Shown: positions 10,084-18,959 of the stretch, piece by piece
Layout: every line of letters starts with the position of its first letter
How positions within the stretch are numbered: position 1 is the first letter of the stretch
Assembly: GCA_002726235.1 (NCBI GenBank)
Contig: PBSN01000025.1
Span: 52,608 to 72,607 of the forward strand
DNA length: 20,000 nt
Source: Nitrospiraceae bacterium
GTDB taxonomy: Bacteria; Nitrospirota; Nitrospiria; Nitrospirales; UBA2166
Reading direction: 5' to 3'
Notes under the pieces: generated by a model
Seen by the model: the letters and a program-made list of their open reading frames with translations, nothing else
Database searches by the model: none
What the model was told of the DNA's origin: nothing
Made by a program: the position numbers and the translations under genes

Positions 10084-11358
10084 ATGCGGGTTCTTGTAAT
10101 TGGCGGAGGAGGCCGAGAACACGCTATCGTATGGAAAATTGTCCAAAGTTCTCGTGTCACGAACATCTTCTGCGCCCCTGGAAATCCTGGGATTGCGACA
10201 CTTGCCGAGTGTGTTCCGATCCAAGCTGACAATATTCAAGATCTCCTGTCCTTTGCGCAAGATCAAGCCATTGACCTCACCATTGTAGGCCCTGAGGCTC
10301 CACTTGCCGACGGAATCGCTGATCATTTTCGCCAGGCACGCTTGCGTATTTTTGGTCCTGGTCGGATGGCTGCCAGAATCGAAACAAGCAAGGTTTTTGC
10401 CAAAGATCTCATGCGTCGAAGTGGAATTCCTACACCATCGGCAGAAACGTTTACCAATGTCATTCGAGCCCAAGAATACCTCCGCAGACACAACATGCCT
10501 GTAGTCATCAAGGCAGATGGCCTTGCGCAAGGAAAGGGAGTCGTAGTCGCCACAACATTGGCCGAAGCTCAAAAGGCAGTGACGGACCTACTCGAACAGA
10601 ATGTTCTTGGAGCCAGTGGGGCCACCATTATGATTGAGGAATTCGTTGCAGGAGATGAACTAAGTGTGATGGCTTTAACAGATGGAAACACCGTCGTCCC
10701 TTTGCTCGCCTCACGCGATTACAAACGTATTTTTGACAACGATCAGGGGCCAAATACTGGAGGAATGGGCTCGTTTGCTCCGGTAGATTCAGTGGACACT
10801 GCTCTGATGAATCGCATCTTAAACGAGATTCTCCAACCGATCGTCGATGCGCTGTCGTCTCTTGGAAGCCCGTATCGCGGGGTGTTATATGCCGGAATCA
10901 TGTTGGCATCTGACGGACCAAAAGTTCTGGAATGCAATGCGAGATTTGGTGATCCGGAGACTCAAGTTGTACTATCGCTTCTTAAGACGGACCTCGTTGA
11001 TCTTCTCGGGGCCGTGGTGGATCACCAGCTAGATGCCCTTTCGCCAATTGAATGGCATGAAGGCGCGGCGGTATGCGTCGTATTGGCATCCGGCAACTAT
11101 CCTAGTCGTCCCAATGTTGGAAAAATAATTCACGGCGTGGCCAAAGCTGAAAATATCGATGACGTCAATGTATTCCACGCGGGGACAAAAATAGGGGACA
11201 TGGGTTTGATGACAGCGGGTGGGAGGGTGCTTGGAGTCACAGCGACTAGTACTGACCACAGAGGGGCACGTGCAAAAGCGTACGAAGCAGTGGCCCACAT
11301 CATATTTGATGACATGCAATATCGAAGAGATATCTGTCATAAAGGAGTTGAAACATGA
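10084..11358 (+). CDS. purD: Phosphoribosylamine-glycine ligase
   Basis: GGGGREHA, APGNPG, VGPEAPL, KADGLAQGKGV, GPNTGGMG, ARFGDPETQ, FHAGT, GGRVL. Confidence 0.98.
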   Translation: MRVLVIGGGGREHAIVWKIVQSSRVTNIFCAPGNPGIATLAECVPIQADNIQDLLSFAQDQAIDLTIVGPEAPLADGIADHFRQARLRIFGPGRMAARIETSKVFAKDLMRRSGIPTPSAETFTNVIRAQEYLRRHNMPVVIKADGLAQGKGVVVATTLAEAQKAVTDLLEQNVLGASGATIMIEEFVAGDELSVMALTDGNTVVPLLASRDYKRIFDNDQGPNTGGMGSFAPVDSVDTALMNRILNEILQPIVDALSSLGSPYRGVLYAGIMLASDGPKVLECNARFGDPETQVVLSLLKTDLVDLLGAVVDHQLDALSPIEWHEGAAVCVVLASGNYPSRPNVGKIIHGVAKAENIDDVNVFHAGTKIGDMGLMTAGGRVLGVTATSTDHRGARAKAYEAVAHIIFDDMQYRRDICHKGVET

Positions 11359-11849
11359 GCAACGCGCAGGTCGCCATTTTTATGGGAAGCAAATCGGATT
11401 TGCCATTGATGCGAGAGACTGCCGAGCTGTTAAAGCAATTTGGCGTCTCATATGACATGACCATCACATCGGCTCATCGCACCCCAGATCGCACAGAAAA
11501 ACTCATCAAGGCGTTTGAAGCAAACGGAGGGGAAGTCTTTATCGCAGGCGCCGGAAGCGCCGCCCATCTTGCAGGAGTGATTGCAGCTCGAACTATTCTT
11601 CCCGTGATCGGAGTACCAATTGCCAGCTCTCCGCTTCAAGGCTGGGATGCACTATTGGCAACCGTCCAGATGCCTAAAGGTGTTCCTGTTGCGACTATGG
11701 CGATGGGAAAAGCGGGAGCGAAAAATGCTGGAGTTTTTGCCGCGCAGATTATTGCCCGTAAAGATCCGAAATTGGCAAAGCAACTCATAGCTTACAAAGA
11801 GGAAATGGAAAAAACCGTCATCGCGGATGCTGAGCAGATGGAGACATAA
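11355..11849 (+). CDS. purE: N5-CAIR mutase / AIR carboxylase catalytic subunit
   Basis: MGSKSD, SAHRTP, IAGAGSAAHLAG, PVIGVP, QMPKGVPVAT. ATGA overlap with purD. Confidence 0.98.
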   Translation: MSNAQVAIFMGSKSDLPLMRETAELLKQFGVSYDMTITSAHRTPDRTEKLIKAFEANGGEVFIAGAGSAAHLAGVIAARTILPVIGVPIASSPLQGWDALLATVQMPKGVPVATMAMGKAGAKNAGVFAAQIIARKDPKLAKQLIAYKEEMEKTVIADAEQMET

Positions 11850-11903
11850 AACTTGCTGCTAAATTCTAAACTGTGTGGCATCTTGGGCTAAAAACAGACA
11901 CCC

Positions 11904-13058
11904 GTGTTTGGACAACCAAGCAAACTCACAAGGCGAGATATACTTATTGGAGGACTTGCCCTCCCATTCTCCCTACAATTTTTACTCACTTCAGGTGCAC
12001 GTGCCTCCACCATTGGGGCCCTCCCGTTTCTTGATGACAAGCGTCATTCAAACACCATCACAGAGGATGAAGACAAGATCGTTCCATTTGATCTCACTCG
12101 GTTAACACATTGGATTACACCCTCAAGTCAGTTCTATATCCGTAATCATTTTGCGGTCCCGCCAGTTTCCGATGCAAACGATTGGATCATCAAAGTTCAA
12201 GGCAACGTTCGGCACCCACAAAACATATCATTTACTCAGTTGGGCAGGTTTTCGCGCGTTGAGCAGGTAGTGACATTGGAGTGTGCGGGCAACTCCAAGC
12301 ACCGAAACCATGGGCTCGTCAGCAATGCGAGATGGGCTGGCGTGCCACTCAAAACCGTGCTTGAGCGTGTGCACTTGGCGCCGGATGCGACGCACGTCGT
12401 GTTTCATGGAGCCGATGCGGCAACAGAAAGCAAACGGCATTTTTCTCGTGCGCTGACCATAGAGCAAGCGACACACCCAGCGGTGATGCTGGCAACGGAA
12501 ATGAATGGTGAGCCTCTTCCTCCAGATCATGGGTTTCCCGTTCGACTCATTGTTCCTGGGTGGTATGGCATGGCGCATGTCAAATGGCTTGAGCGAATCG
12601 AACTTATCAGTCGACCGTTTAATGGGCCGTATCAAACAACATTCTATGTTAATAAACGACGGGTAGGTCGTGGTGACGACGTCATCTGGAAATCCTCTCC
12701 TATTACAAAAATTCCGGTGAAGTCGATCGTTGCACGCATCCAGCGTGATTATCACTCGAAAGGCAATATCTACAAGGTCAGTGGAGCGATATGGGGCGGA
12801 AACAGGCCTATCAATGCCGTGAATGTGCATATCAACGACGACAATCAATGGCACACAGCAACACTCGCAGAAAATAGCGATCCGTTTGCCTGGACACTGT
12901 GGTCATATCAGTGGGATAACCCGTTGCCAGGCCTTCATCACCTTATGTCCCGTGGCATCGATCATTCAGGAAACGTCCAACCCATCAAACGATCTACGCA
13001 TCTCCGCGGCCCCTACCAACATGACGAAGTGATTTTTCGTCGGGTGAACCTTTCCTGA
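11904..13058 (+). CDS. Tat-exported sulfite-oxidase-family molybdopterin oxidoreductase (SorA/SoxC-like, Moco + dimerisation domain)
   Basis: Twin-arginine LTRRDIL plus hydrophobic stretch and ARA cleavage site. FYIRNH, Mo-ligand TLECAGN, MNGEPLPPDHGFPVRLIVPGWYG..VKWL, and C-terminal AWTLW Ig-like domain. Confidence 0.9.
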   Translation: MFGQPSKLTRRDILIGGLALPFSLQFLLTSGARASTIGALPFLDDKRHSNTITEDEDKIVPFDLTRLTHWITPSSQFYIRNHFAVPPVSDANDWIIKVQGNVRHPQNISFTQLGRFSRVEQVVTLECAGNSKHRNHGLVSNARWAGVPLKTVLERVHLAPDATHVVFHGADAATESKRHFSRALTIEQATHPAVMLATEMNGEPLPPDHGFPVRLIVPGWYGMAHVKWLERIELISRPFNGPYQTTFYVNKRRVGRGDDVIWKSSPITKIPVKSIVARIQRDYHSKGNIYKVSGAIWGGNRPINAVNVHINDDNQWHTATLAENSDPFAWTLWSYQWDNPLPGLHHLMSRGIDHSGNVQPIKRSTHLRGPYQHDEVIFRRVNLS

Positions 13059-13139
13059 GGGAATAAGAAACGAGATCGATTGAAGGAAGGCGGGGCACAG
13101 TCAAAGAGCACACTTACGCTCAGGTGTGGCAGTATTGCG

Positions 13140-14456
13140 TCACATGGGAACGGGCGATACCCTCCCAATACTCCAATACTGAAAACCCATATTGGCCATA
13201 CGAGTGGGCTGATACACGTTTCGTAGGTCGATGAATATCGGAGTACGTAACTGCTTTTTGATCCGTTCGAGATCGAGATTTCTAAATTGATTCCATTCGG
13301 TTGCAAGAACAATCGCATCGGCATCGTCACTCACTTCATAGCTATCCGAGCATAGCTTCAACTCCGGAAGTTGCTGAGCGGTCTCCTGCATGGCTTCAGG
13401 ATCGTATGCCTGTACATAAGCGCCTTCCGTAAGAAGGAGACGGATGATTGCAATTGATGGTGATTCTCGTATATCGCTGGTATTCGGCTTAAATGAAAGT
13501 CCAAGTACTCCAATACGTTTGTTGTTAATGGTCCCAAGAGCCGTGCGAATTTTCTCAACCATCCGCGTCTTCTGCCGAGCGTTGGCGTCCACGGCAGCCT
13601 GAGCAATGCCCATCTCACAGCGATGTTCTTTTCCAGTTGAGATGATCGCAGCGACATCTTTCGGAAAACACGACCCTCCATAGCCAGGACCGGTATGGAG
13701 AAATTTTGATCCTATTCTTCCATCGAGTCCCATGGCTTTTGCGACCATGCGGATATCAGCTCCAACCTTCTCGCAGAGTACCGACATTTCGTTAATGAAT
13801 GAGATCTTTGTTGCCAGGAACGTATTCGATGCATATTTGATCAGTTCCGCAGTTTCAATCGTTGTGGCCACAATCGGTGTTTCTATCAGATAAAGGGGCC
13901 GGTAGAGATCTTTCAAAATGGCGACACTCTCATCACATTCAGCCCCAATCACAACTCGGTTGGGTCGAATAAAATCCTCAATGGCTGACCCCTCACGAAG
14001 AAACTCAGGATTTGAGACAACATCAAATCGTACTGGCTCTCGCTGGGCACTTTCAATCAAAAATTTGACCCGTTGCCCTGTTCCCACTGGAACGGTGGAC
14101 TTGGTCACGATGACTGTATAGCTGGTCATTGCACGGCCAATACCTGTCGCCACAGCCTCAATCGACGACACATCGACAGAGCCGTCGTCGGTGGATGGAG
14201 TGCCTACAGTGATAAAAACGACGAGTGCCTGATTGACTGCCTGCGCAAGGTCGGTTGTGAAGGTTAGCCTTCCCCCTTGACGGCCTTTCCTTACAAGATC
14301 TTGCAGTCCGGGTTCGTAAAACGGGATCTCTCCGGATTCCATCGCCGCAATTCTTTGAGGGTCCTGATCCATGCAGGTGACCTGAAGCCCAAACTCGGCA
14401 AAACACGCCGCAGTGACCAAGCCGACATAGCCAGAGCCAATGATGCTGATATGCAT
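13140..14456 (-). CDS. ugd: UDP-glucose 6-dehydrogenase
   Basis: IGSGYVGL, KSTVPVGT, SNPEFLREG, KYASNTFLATKISF, catalytic GYGGSCFPKD, GLSFKPNTSDIRESP. Confidence 0.96.
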   Translation of the reverse strand: MHISIIGSGYVGLVTAACFAEFGLQVTCMDQDPQRIAAMESGEIPFYEPGLQDLVRKGRQGGRLTFTTDLAQAVNQALVVFITVGTPSTDDGSVDVSSIEAVATGIGRAMTSYTVIVTKSTVPVGTGQRVKFLIESAQREPVRFDVVSNPEFLREGSAIEDFIRPNRVVIGAECDESVAILKDLYRPLYLIETPIVATTIETAELIKYASNTFLATKISFINEMSVLCEKVGADIRMVAKAMGLDGRIGSKFLHTGPGYGGSCFPKDVAAIISTGKEHRCEMGIAQAAVDANARQKTRMVEKIRTALGTINNKRIGVLGLSFKPNTSDIRESPSIAIIRLLLTEGAYVQAYDPEAMQETAQQLPELKLCSDSYEVSDDADAIVLATEWNQFRNLDLERIKKQLRTPIFIDLRNVYQPTRMANMGFQYWSIGRVSPVPM

Positions 14457-14881
14457 TAACTGCCTTCTTTGAGGACCATGACCTCAGTGGCTTTGATGAG
14501 CGCAATCGCGCTATCTCCAACACGTAGCTTGAGAGCATCAAGACCATCGCGAGTAATGATCGCTGTAAGCTTGTATGGGCCCGCGTCCAGGTTTACCTGA
14601 GCCAAGAGAGAACTTTTCTTGATGCTGGTCACAATACCTGAAATTTTATTTCGGCCGCTGACGTCATCCTCAATATCTTTCCGCCCAAGTGAGCGATCCA
14701 GATTTTTACGGTCAAAGCGCCAGCGCCCTCCAATACGAGAACATGGAATCTTTCCTTGTGCAACATGCCGATATAACGTCGGCAGTGTCAGGCGAAGATA
14801 CGCTGCAGCGTCCTTGGTCGTCATAATATCCTTCAGTACACCCTTGGCTCGTGATTGACGTGGAGGTCGGCTACCTTTCAT
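14456..14881 (-). CDS. Excisionase-like HTH (HTH_17) fused to a TOBE/Mop molybdate-binding domain; putative regulator
   Basis: MTTKDAAAYLRLTLPTLYRHVAQGKIPCSRIGGRWRF (HTH_17), then SGRNKISGIV...LTAIITRDGLDALKLRVGDSAIALIKATEV (Mop SARN...IKAT motif). TAATG overlap with ugd. Confidence 0.88.
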   Translation of the reverse strand: MKGSRPPRQSRAKGVLKDIMTTKDAAAYLRLTLPTLYRHVAQGKIPCSRIGGRWRFDRKNLDRSLGRKDIEDDVSGRNKISGIVTSIKKSSLLAQVNLDAGPYKLTAIITRDGLDALKLRVGDSAIALIKATEVMVLKEGS

Positions 14882-14982
14882 GACTATCCTTGCACGTTGT
14901 CAGTTGGCAGTCCTGAGCATTTTTTGTCGTAGCTGTATGAAGCAGATGCATGCACATGCATAGTGCGTAATCACAACATCAC

Positions 14983-15663
14983 TTACAATCCGGTTGGTGT
15001 GCTCGAAGCAATTATTCCAATGCCAATGATGAGTTCTTTGGTTCCATTACCAAACAAAATACGCGGTTTCCCAAATCCAACGAAGCGCTCCTTCTGCGTA
15101 AAGCTCAGCTCAAAGCCTTGGCGTGTCAGCTCTCGGCACTCTGCGAATCGCTTTCCGCCTTCGCCAGAAAGGCGATGGCAACTGAGAATGAAGTGCAATT
15201 GTTGGTCTTTGATATACATCTCACCCCACGTCGCCTCTTGGTGTGTTTCGGCCTCTATGCCACTCGGCTTAGTGAGACCGAAGACCACTCGCTCCTGTGG
15301 CGACGCCTGGGAAAACGCATCCTTCACGATCGAGGCAAGTGTTGCAATCTCGTCGGTTTCAAATACGCGATGTTTGTGTACCTCTTCTGCCACGCCTATG
15401 TCTCGCTTCTTCTGTAACATCAAGAGTTGAGGCTGAATTCGTATCGCAGCGAAAATTTTCTGAAGTTGGCCAACCTCGATCTCTGCAGGATGGGTATACC
15501 GATCGGGATCATCTGGTCCCTTGATGCTCGTATCAATATCCAAGCGAACGATCGTTTGCGGATCCTGAACAATGATACGCGACGCGGGGTGCACCCCAGC
15601 ACATCCAGCAACAAGAATGAAGACGAGCGTCAGCACAGCAAACTTGGACAGATTGACAGGCAT
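14983..15663 (-). CDS. Hypothetical lipoprotein
   Basis: Hydrophobic signal ending in the lipobox VAG-C. AAGGAG RBS 9 nt upstream. No catalytic motifs recognised. Confidence 0.75.
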   Translation of the reverse strand: MPVNLSKFAVLTLVFILVAGCAGVHPASRIIVQDPQTIVRLDIDTSIKGPDDPDRYTHPAEIEVGQLQKIFAAIRIQPQLLMLQKKRDIGVAEEVHKHRVFETDEIATLASIVKDAFSQASPQERVVFGLTKPSGIEAETHQEATWGEMYIKDQQLHFILSCHRLSGEGGKRFAECRELTRQGFELSFTQKERFVGFGKPRILFGNGTKELIIGIGIIASSTPTGL

Positions 15664-15817
15664 GGCTCATATCTCCTTATTTGTGAAGAGGTTTCGATAT
15701 CCGTGGATGCTTGAGCGTTGTTATCGCGAAGGAAACATTGAGCACTCTCATGTCGTGGTATCTTTATGAGATCGATAGTAATCAGAATCATTTACGTTCC
15801 TGCCCTGCGGTAAGTAT

Positions 15818-16570
15818 TTAGGTCACCGTACGACGTATTCGCTTTACAGGTGATGTCTTCGGTGGCACACCACGTGGTTGTCCCCACAGACGAACGCTCA
15901 CAATGCCCACTTCATAGAGCAGGATCAATGGAACAGCCATGAGAAGGAGGTTAAATGCATCAGGTGTTGGGGTCATGATTGTGGCAAGCAGAAAAAAGAC
16001 AACAATCGCATGCTTCCGAAACTGAACCAAGAGTTTCGCAGAAATCGCACCCATCCGTGCCAGCATCGTCATGATCAGGGGCAACTCAAACGCCACACCA
16101 AACACCAACAAGAACTTTGCATTAAAATCAATATACTGCCCTACCGCCAATGCGGGAAGCAAATTAAGCTTTTCCCCTTGCGCCACAAGATACCCAAGCG
16201 CGAGGGGAAGAATAAGAATATTACAAACCGCCAATCCGCACATGAACAGGAGAGTAGCAATCGCAATATATGGAAGCACGGAGTGTTTCTCGTGGGGAAG
16301 AAATGCCGGCTCAAAAAATTTCCATATCTGATAAATGAGCATTGGCAAGGTGCAGAGGATTGCCGCAAAAAATGCCACCTTAATGGCGGCAAAAAGAGCT
16401 TCGGCCGGTCCGTAAAACACCAGATCTGTTGGAAGTGGGCGACGGAACCATGCAATGAGAATATCTGCGAATACAAATGAAATGGCAAACATCACCGCAA
16501 GAAACCCCAACACTGTATAGACACGTTGTCGAATCGCGGCGATGTGCTGTGTCAGAAAATTGCTCGTCAT
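15818..16570 (-). CDS. tatC: Twin-arginine translocase subunit TatC
   Basis: About 6 TM segments. YQIWKFFEPAFLPHEK, FGVAFELP, RKHAIV, TPTPDAF, and PLILLYEVGI motifs. ATGA overlap with the rimI stop. Confidence 0.95.
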   Translation of the reverse strand: MTSNFLTQHIAAIRQRVYTVLGFLAVMFAISFVFADILIAWFRRPLPTDLVFYGPAEALFAAIKVAFFAAILCTLPMLIYQIWKFFEPAFLPHEKHSVLPYIAIATLLFMCGLAVCNILILPLALGYLVAQGEKLNLLPALAVGQYIDFNAKFLLVFGVAFELPLIMTMLARMGAISAKLLVQFRKHAIVVFFLLATIMTPTPDAFNLLLMAVPLILLYEVGIVSVRLWGQPRGVPPKTSPVKRIRRTVT

Positions 16571-17076
16571 CCGCTGACAGCCTTCGTCATGTGCAACGCT
16601 TTCTGATCATCAATGCTGTGCGTCGCGTTCACGGTATCGAGTGAACGACGTCTCAAAATCATGGCATCTTCAACGGGATTCGAATAGTATCGTTCGCGGA
16701 GCGCAATCTTTTGGAATCCAAACTGCGTATAGAACGCAATCGCAGGCACGTTTGATGCGCGGACTTCCAGCATGGCCTCGTGGACCCCGCAGGCACACGC
16801 GTGTGCGATGGCATGGGTCATCATTGCACTCGCAATCCCGCGTCGGTGATGGGATGGACTGACAGCCAAATTCATGATGTGGAGCTCTTCAAAAATAACC
16901 CAATAACACGCATACCCGACAATCGTTCCTCCCTCCCGGCTCACGAACAGTGACGCAAAAGGATTACCCGCAAGCTCATCGTGAAACATCTTTCGTGTCC
17001 ACGGTACCGAAAATGAGTCCCGTTCGATCCGCACAACGTCGTCTAGATCTGATTCAATCAGGGGGTCAATCGTCAC
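16567..17076 (-). CDS. rimI: Ribosomal-protein-alanine N-acetyltransferase (GNAT)
   Basis: IERDSFSVPW, ELHIMNLAV...RRGIA, LEVRASN..AIAFY...GF...RERYYSNPVEDA. True start is likely GTG 17076 (GTGA overlap with the tsaB stop, GGAG 7 nt upstream), not 17301. Confidence 0.93.
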   Translation of the reverse strand: MTIDPLIESDLDDVVRIERDSFSVPWTRKMFHDELAGNPFASLFVSREGGTIVGYACYWVIFEELHIMNLAVSPSHHRRGIASAMMTHAIAHACACGVHEAMLEVRASNVPAIAFYTQFGFQKIALRERYYSNPVEDAMILRRRSLDTVNATHSIDDQKALHMTKAVSG

Positions 17077-17843
17077 GTCGTAACTCCAGATGACGTATCG
17101 GATCCCACGGCACGATAAGGTAGATTGGGTTTGGCGTCTGGCGGTCTCAGATATATCGGTGTGAGCTTTTCGCCTGCAAGCATACCACGGGCCAAACGTT
17201 CTTTGCCAACGTGCGCCACGCTCAGCGCAGACGGTACACACGCGATCCCTGTGGGAAATACAGCCCGGTTGCCAAATCGCCCTGACAGCATCTGACGGCA
17301 AAGCGAAACGCCATCACCCACGACAATGACAGTACCCTGCACATGTGCCGACAACGCATCGACAGCGTTCTCAATAGAAAGACGTTGTGGGTCCATTACG
17401 CATGTAAGGGAATCGTGTGCGTCCGAAGCTTGCTGTGTGTGCCATACGGCGAGAAACAGTTCGCCACGCTTCGCATCCAATGCGGTGCAAATTGGAAAGC
17501 CAAGACCAGCCACGTTGAACGCAAGAGCATGAAGCGTTGGCACGGCAACCAGCGGTTTGTTTGTACCATATGCCAACCCTTTCATGGTGGCCAGGCCGAC
17601 ACGTAATCCCGTAAATGATCCTGGGCCAATCGAGACAACAAAACCATCGATGTCGCAAAGCGTCACGTTGAGTGCATTCAGCAGTCGGTCAATAGCTGGC
17701 ATGATCGACCATCGATGAGAACGATCCGTCGCGGTAGCTAAAGATCGCGTTTGCTTCACCGCCTCTGTTGCACACAGACCATTCTCGCCTACTACCGCAA
17801 CACTCTGTACGGATGTTGCTGTTTCAACCGCAAGGATCATCAT
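17073..17843 (-). CDS. tsaB: tRNA threonylcarbamoyladenosine biosynthesis protein TsaB (YeaZ)
   Basis: MILAVETAT, GPGSFTGLRVG, LDAKRGE, PIYLR. Start ATG 17843 overlaps the upstream stop (ATGA). Confidence 0.95.
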   Translation of the reverse strand: MMILAVETATSVQSVAVVGENGLCATEAVKQTRSLATATDRSHRWSIMPAIDRLLNALNVTLCDIDGFVVSIGPGSFTGLRVGLATMKGLAYGTNKPLVAVPTLHALAFNVAGLGFPICTALDAKRGELFLAVWHTQQASDAHDSLTCVMDPQRLSIENAVDALSAHVQGTVIVVGDGVSLCRQMLSGRFGNRAVFPTGIACVPSALSVAHVGKERLARGMLAGEKLTPIYLRPPDAKPNLPYRAVGSDTSSGVTT

Positions 17844-18886
17844 GGGTGAACCACGCCGGCAAAATGGCCCCACGGATGTTCACCACGGCCGTCCAGCGCA
17901 ACCGCAGTGCGCAAAGAGGCGAGGCGTACCTGTGTGTGAGTGGAAGCCTTACGCGAAACGAAAGCAACGCTGGCGTCCTTTTTAAACATCCTGCTCATAT
18001 CAAATTCTGTCGGTCCCACCTCGGGATTCGGAAGTACCTCTTGGAATATCAACGTATAGTGACTATCCGTTACCACGTCATGAATGGACATATGAAAAGG
18101 GTAGAGAATCTGCCCACGAGGTCCAAGGGAACGATAGTCATCAAATTCAACAGTAATGATCGGATCTCCCGTAGCGCTCAACACCGCGTCTTTAACCACG
18201 TCGAAATTTATTCGCTCGACCCACAATTGGCGTACCGGATGCGATGAATGAGGTGTTTCCATGACCTCAATGCGGTAGAGCAAACCTTCTTCATAGAGCG
18301 TAACGTGATGGCTATCATCAATCGGTGTCGCGAGAACCGTCTTCGACACCGCCGACACCAAGTGAAGGAACCGTTGCCGCATCGACGACATCTCCGAAGG
18401 CGGATCTGCCGAAGTGGCGGAGTGGGTTCCGGCCACAACACGATTTTGTGTCGGGAGGTGCACACGAAACTGCATCTGGTTACTGGTCAGGTCAAACAAG
18501 GTTCGCCCCAATGGATCAAAGGCACGCAATCGAATGAGTGACGGTCTCACATAGGACACCGACATGTTCATCGAGCTGCGAATTGGAATAATTTTCCCCC
18601 GACCATGGAGTTGCACGAGCGCACGCAGACTCTGAATCTGGTCCGAACGTTGGTTGAGCATGGTCATAAGTTCTTCGACGCTGGCTTGCCGCAGTGGCAA
18701 ATCAGGCACTGGCTCCGGAATCCCAGACCGACACCCTGTGAAGAGCACAACCATGGCGGCGAGGCAAAAAAACGCACAGGCTCCCATGGTGATGGAACCC
18801 CATCGAGCGCGCAAACCCAAGCGACAAAGGTCGAAGGCCGCATCCGGCCGAAGAGTTTCGCCGGTAAAGATTTGAGTGTCTGCCAT
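17840..18886 (-). CDS. Putative lipoprotein, possibly LolB/DUF4292-like fold
   Basis: Hydrophobic stretch plus lipobox FTG-C, and a beta-rich pattern (YVRPSLIRLRAFDPLGRTLFDL; VEFDDYR; YPFHM). GGAG/GAGG precede ATG 18886. The family call is tentative and the start could be further downstream. Confidence 0.65.
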   Translation of the reverse strand: MADTQIFTGETLRPDAAFDLCRLGLRARWGSITMGACAFFCLAAMVVLFTGCRSGIPEPVPDLPLRQASVEELMTMLNQRSDQIQSLRALVQLHGRGKIIPIRSSMNMSVSYVRPSLIRLRAFDPLGRTLFDLTSNQMQFRVHLPTQNRVVAGTHSATSADPPSEMSSMRQRFLHLVSAVSKTVLATPIDDSHHVTLYEEGLLYRIEVMETPHSSHPVRQLWVERINFDVVKDAVLSATGDPIITVEFDDYRSLGPRGQILYPFHMSIHDVVTDSHYTLIFQEVLPNPEVGPTEFDMSRMFKKDASVAFVSRKASTHTQVRLASLRTAVALDGRGEHPWGHFAGVVHP

Positions 18887-18923
18887 GGTCCTCACTCCTA
18901 CCATGTGATAATTTTCGCCTTGT

Positions 18924-18952
18924 TTGCCCGCACTATACCTGCTTGTTATACT
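18924..18952 (+). promoter_or_regulatory. Putative sigma70 promoter for smpB(-ssrA), positioned for a leaderless transcript
   Basis: TTGCCC (18924-18929), 17-nt spacer, extended -10 TGt-TATACT (18947-18952). ATG begins after a 7-nt gap. Confidence 0.6.
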
Positions 18953-18959
18953 TCATATT

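Noticed and set aside
12228..12854. 208-aa antisense ORF (likewise 15878-16480, 10033-10572 and other nested ORFs)
   Set aside because: Shadow frames overlapping well-supported genes, with no recognisable motifs.
14456..14881. Phage excisionase or mobile element
   Set aside because: The HTH_17 domain is fused to TOBE and sits among housekeeping genes with no adjacent integrase.
17077..17301. N-terminal extension of rimI in the ORF track
   Set aside because: It overlaps the tsaB coding sequence, and GTG 17076 has an RBS and a stop-start overlap.
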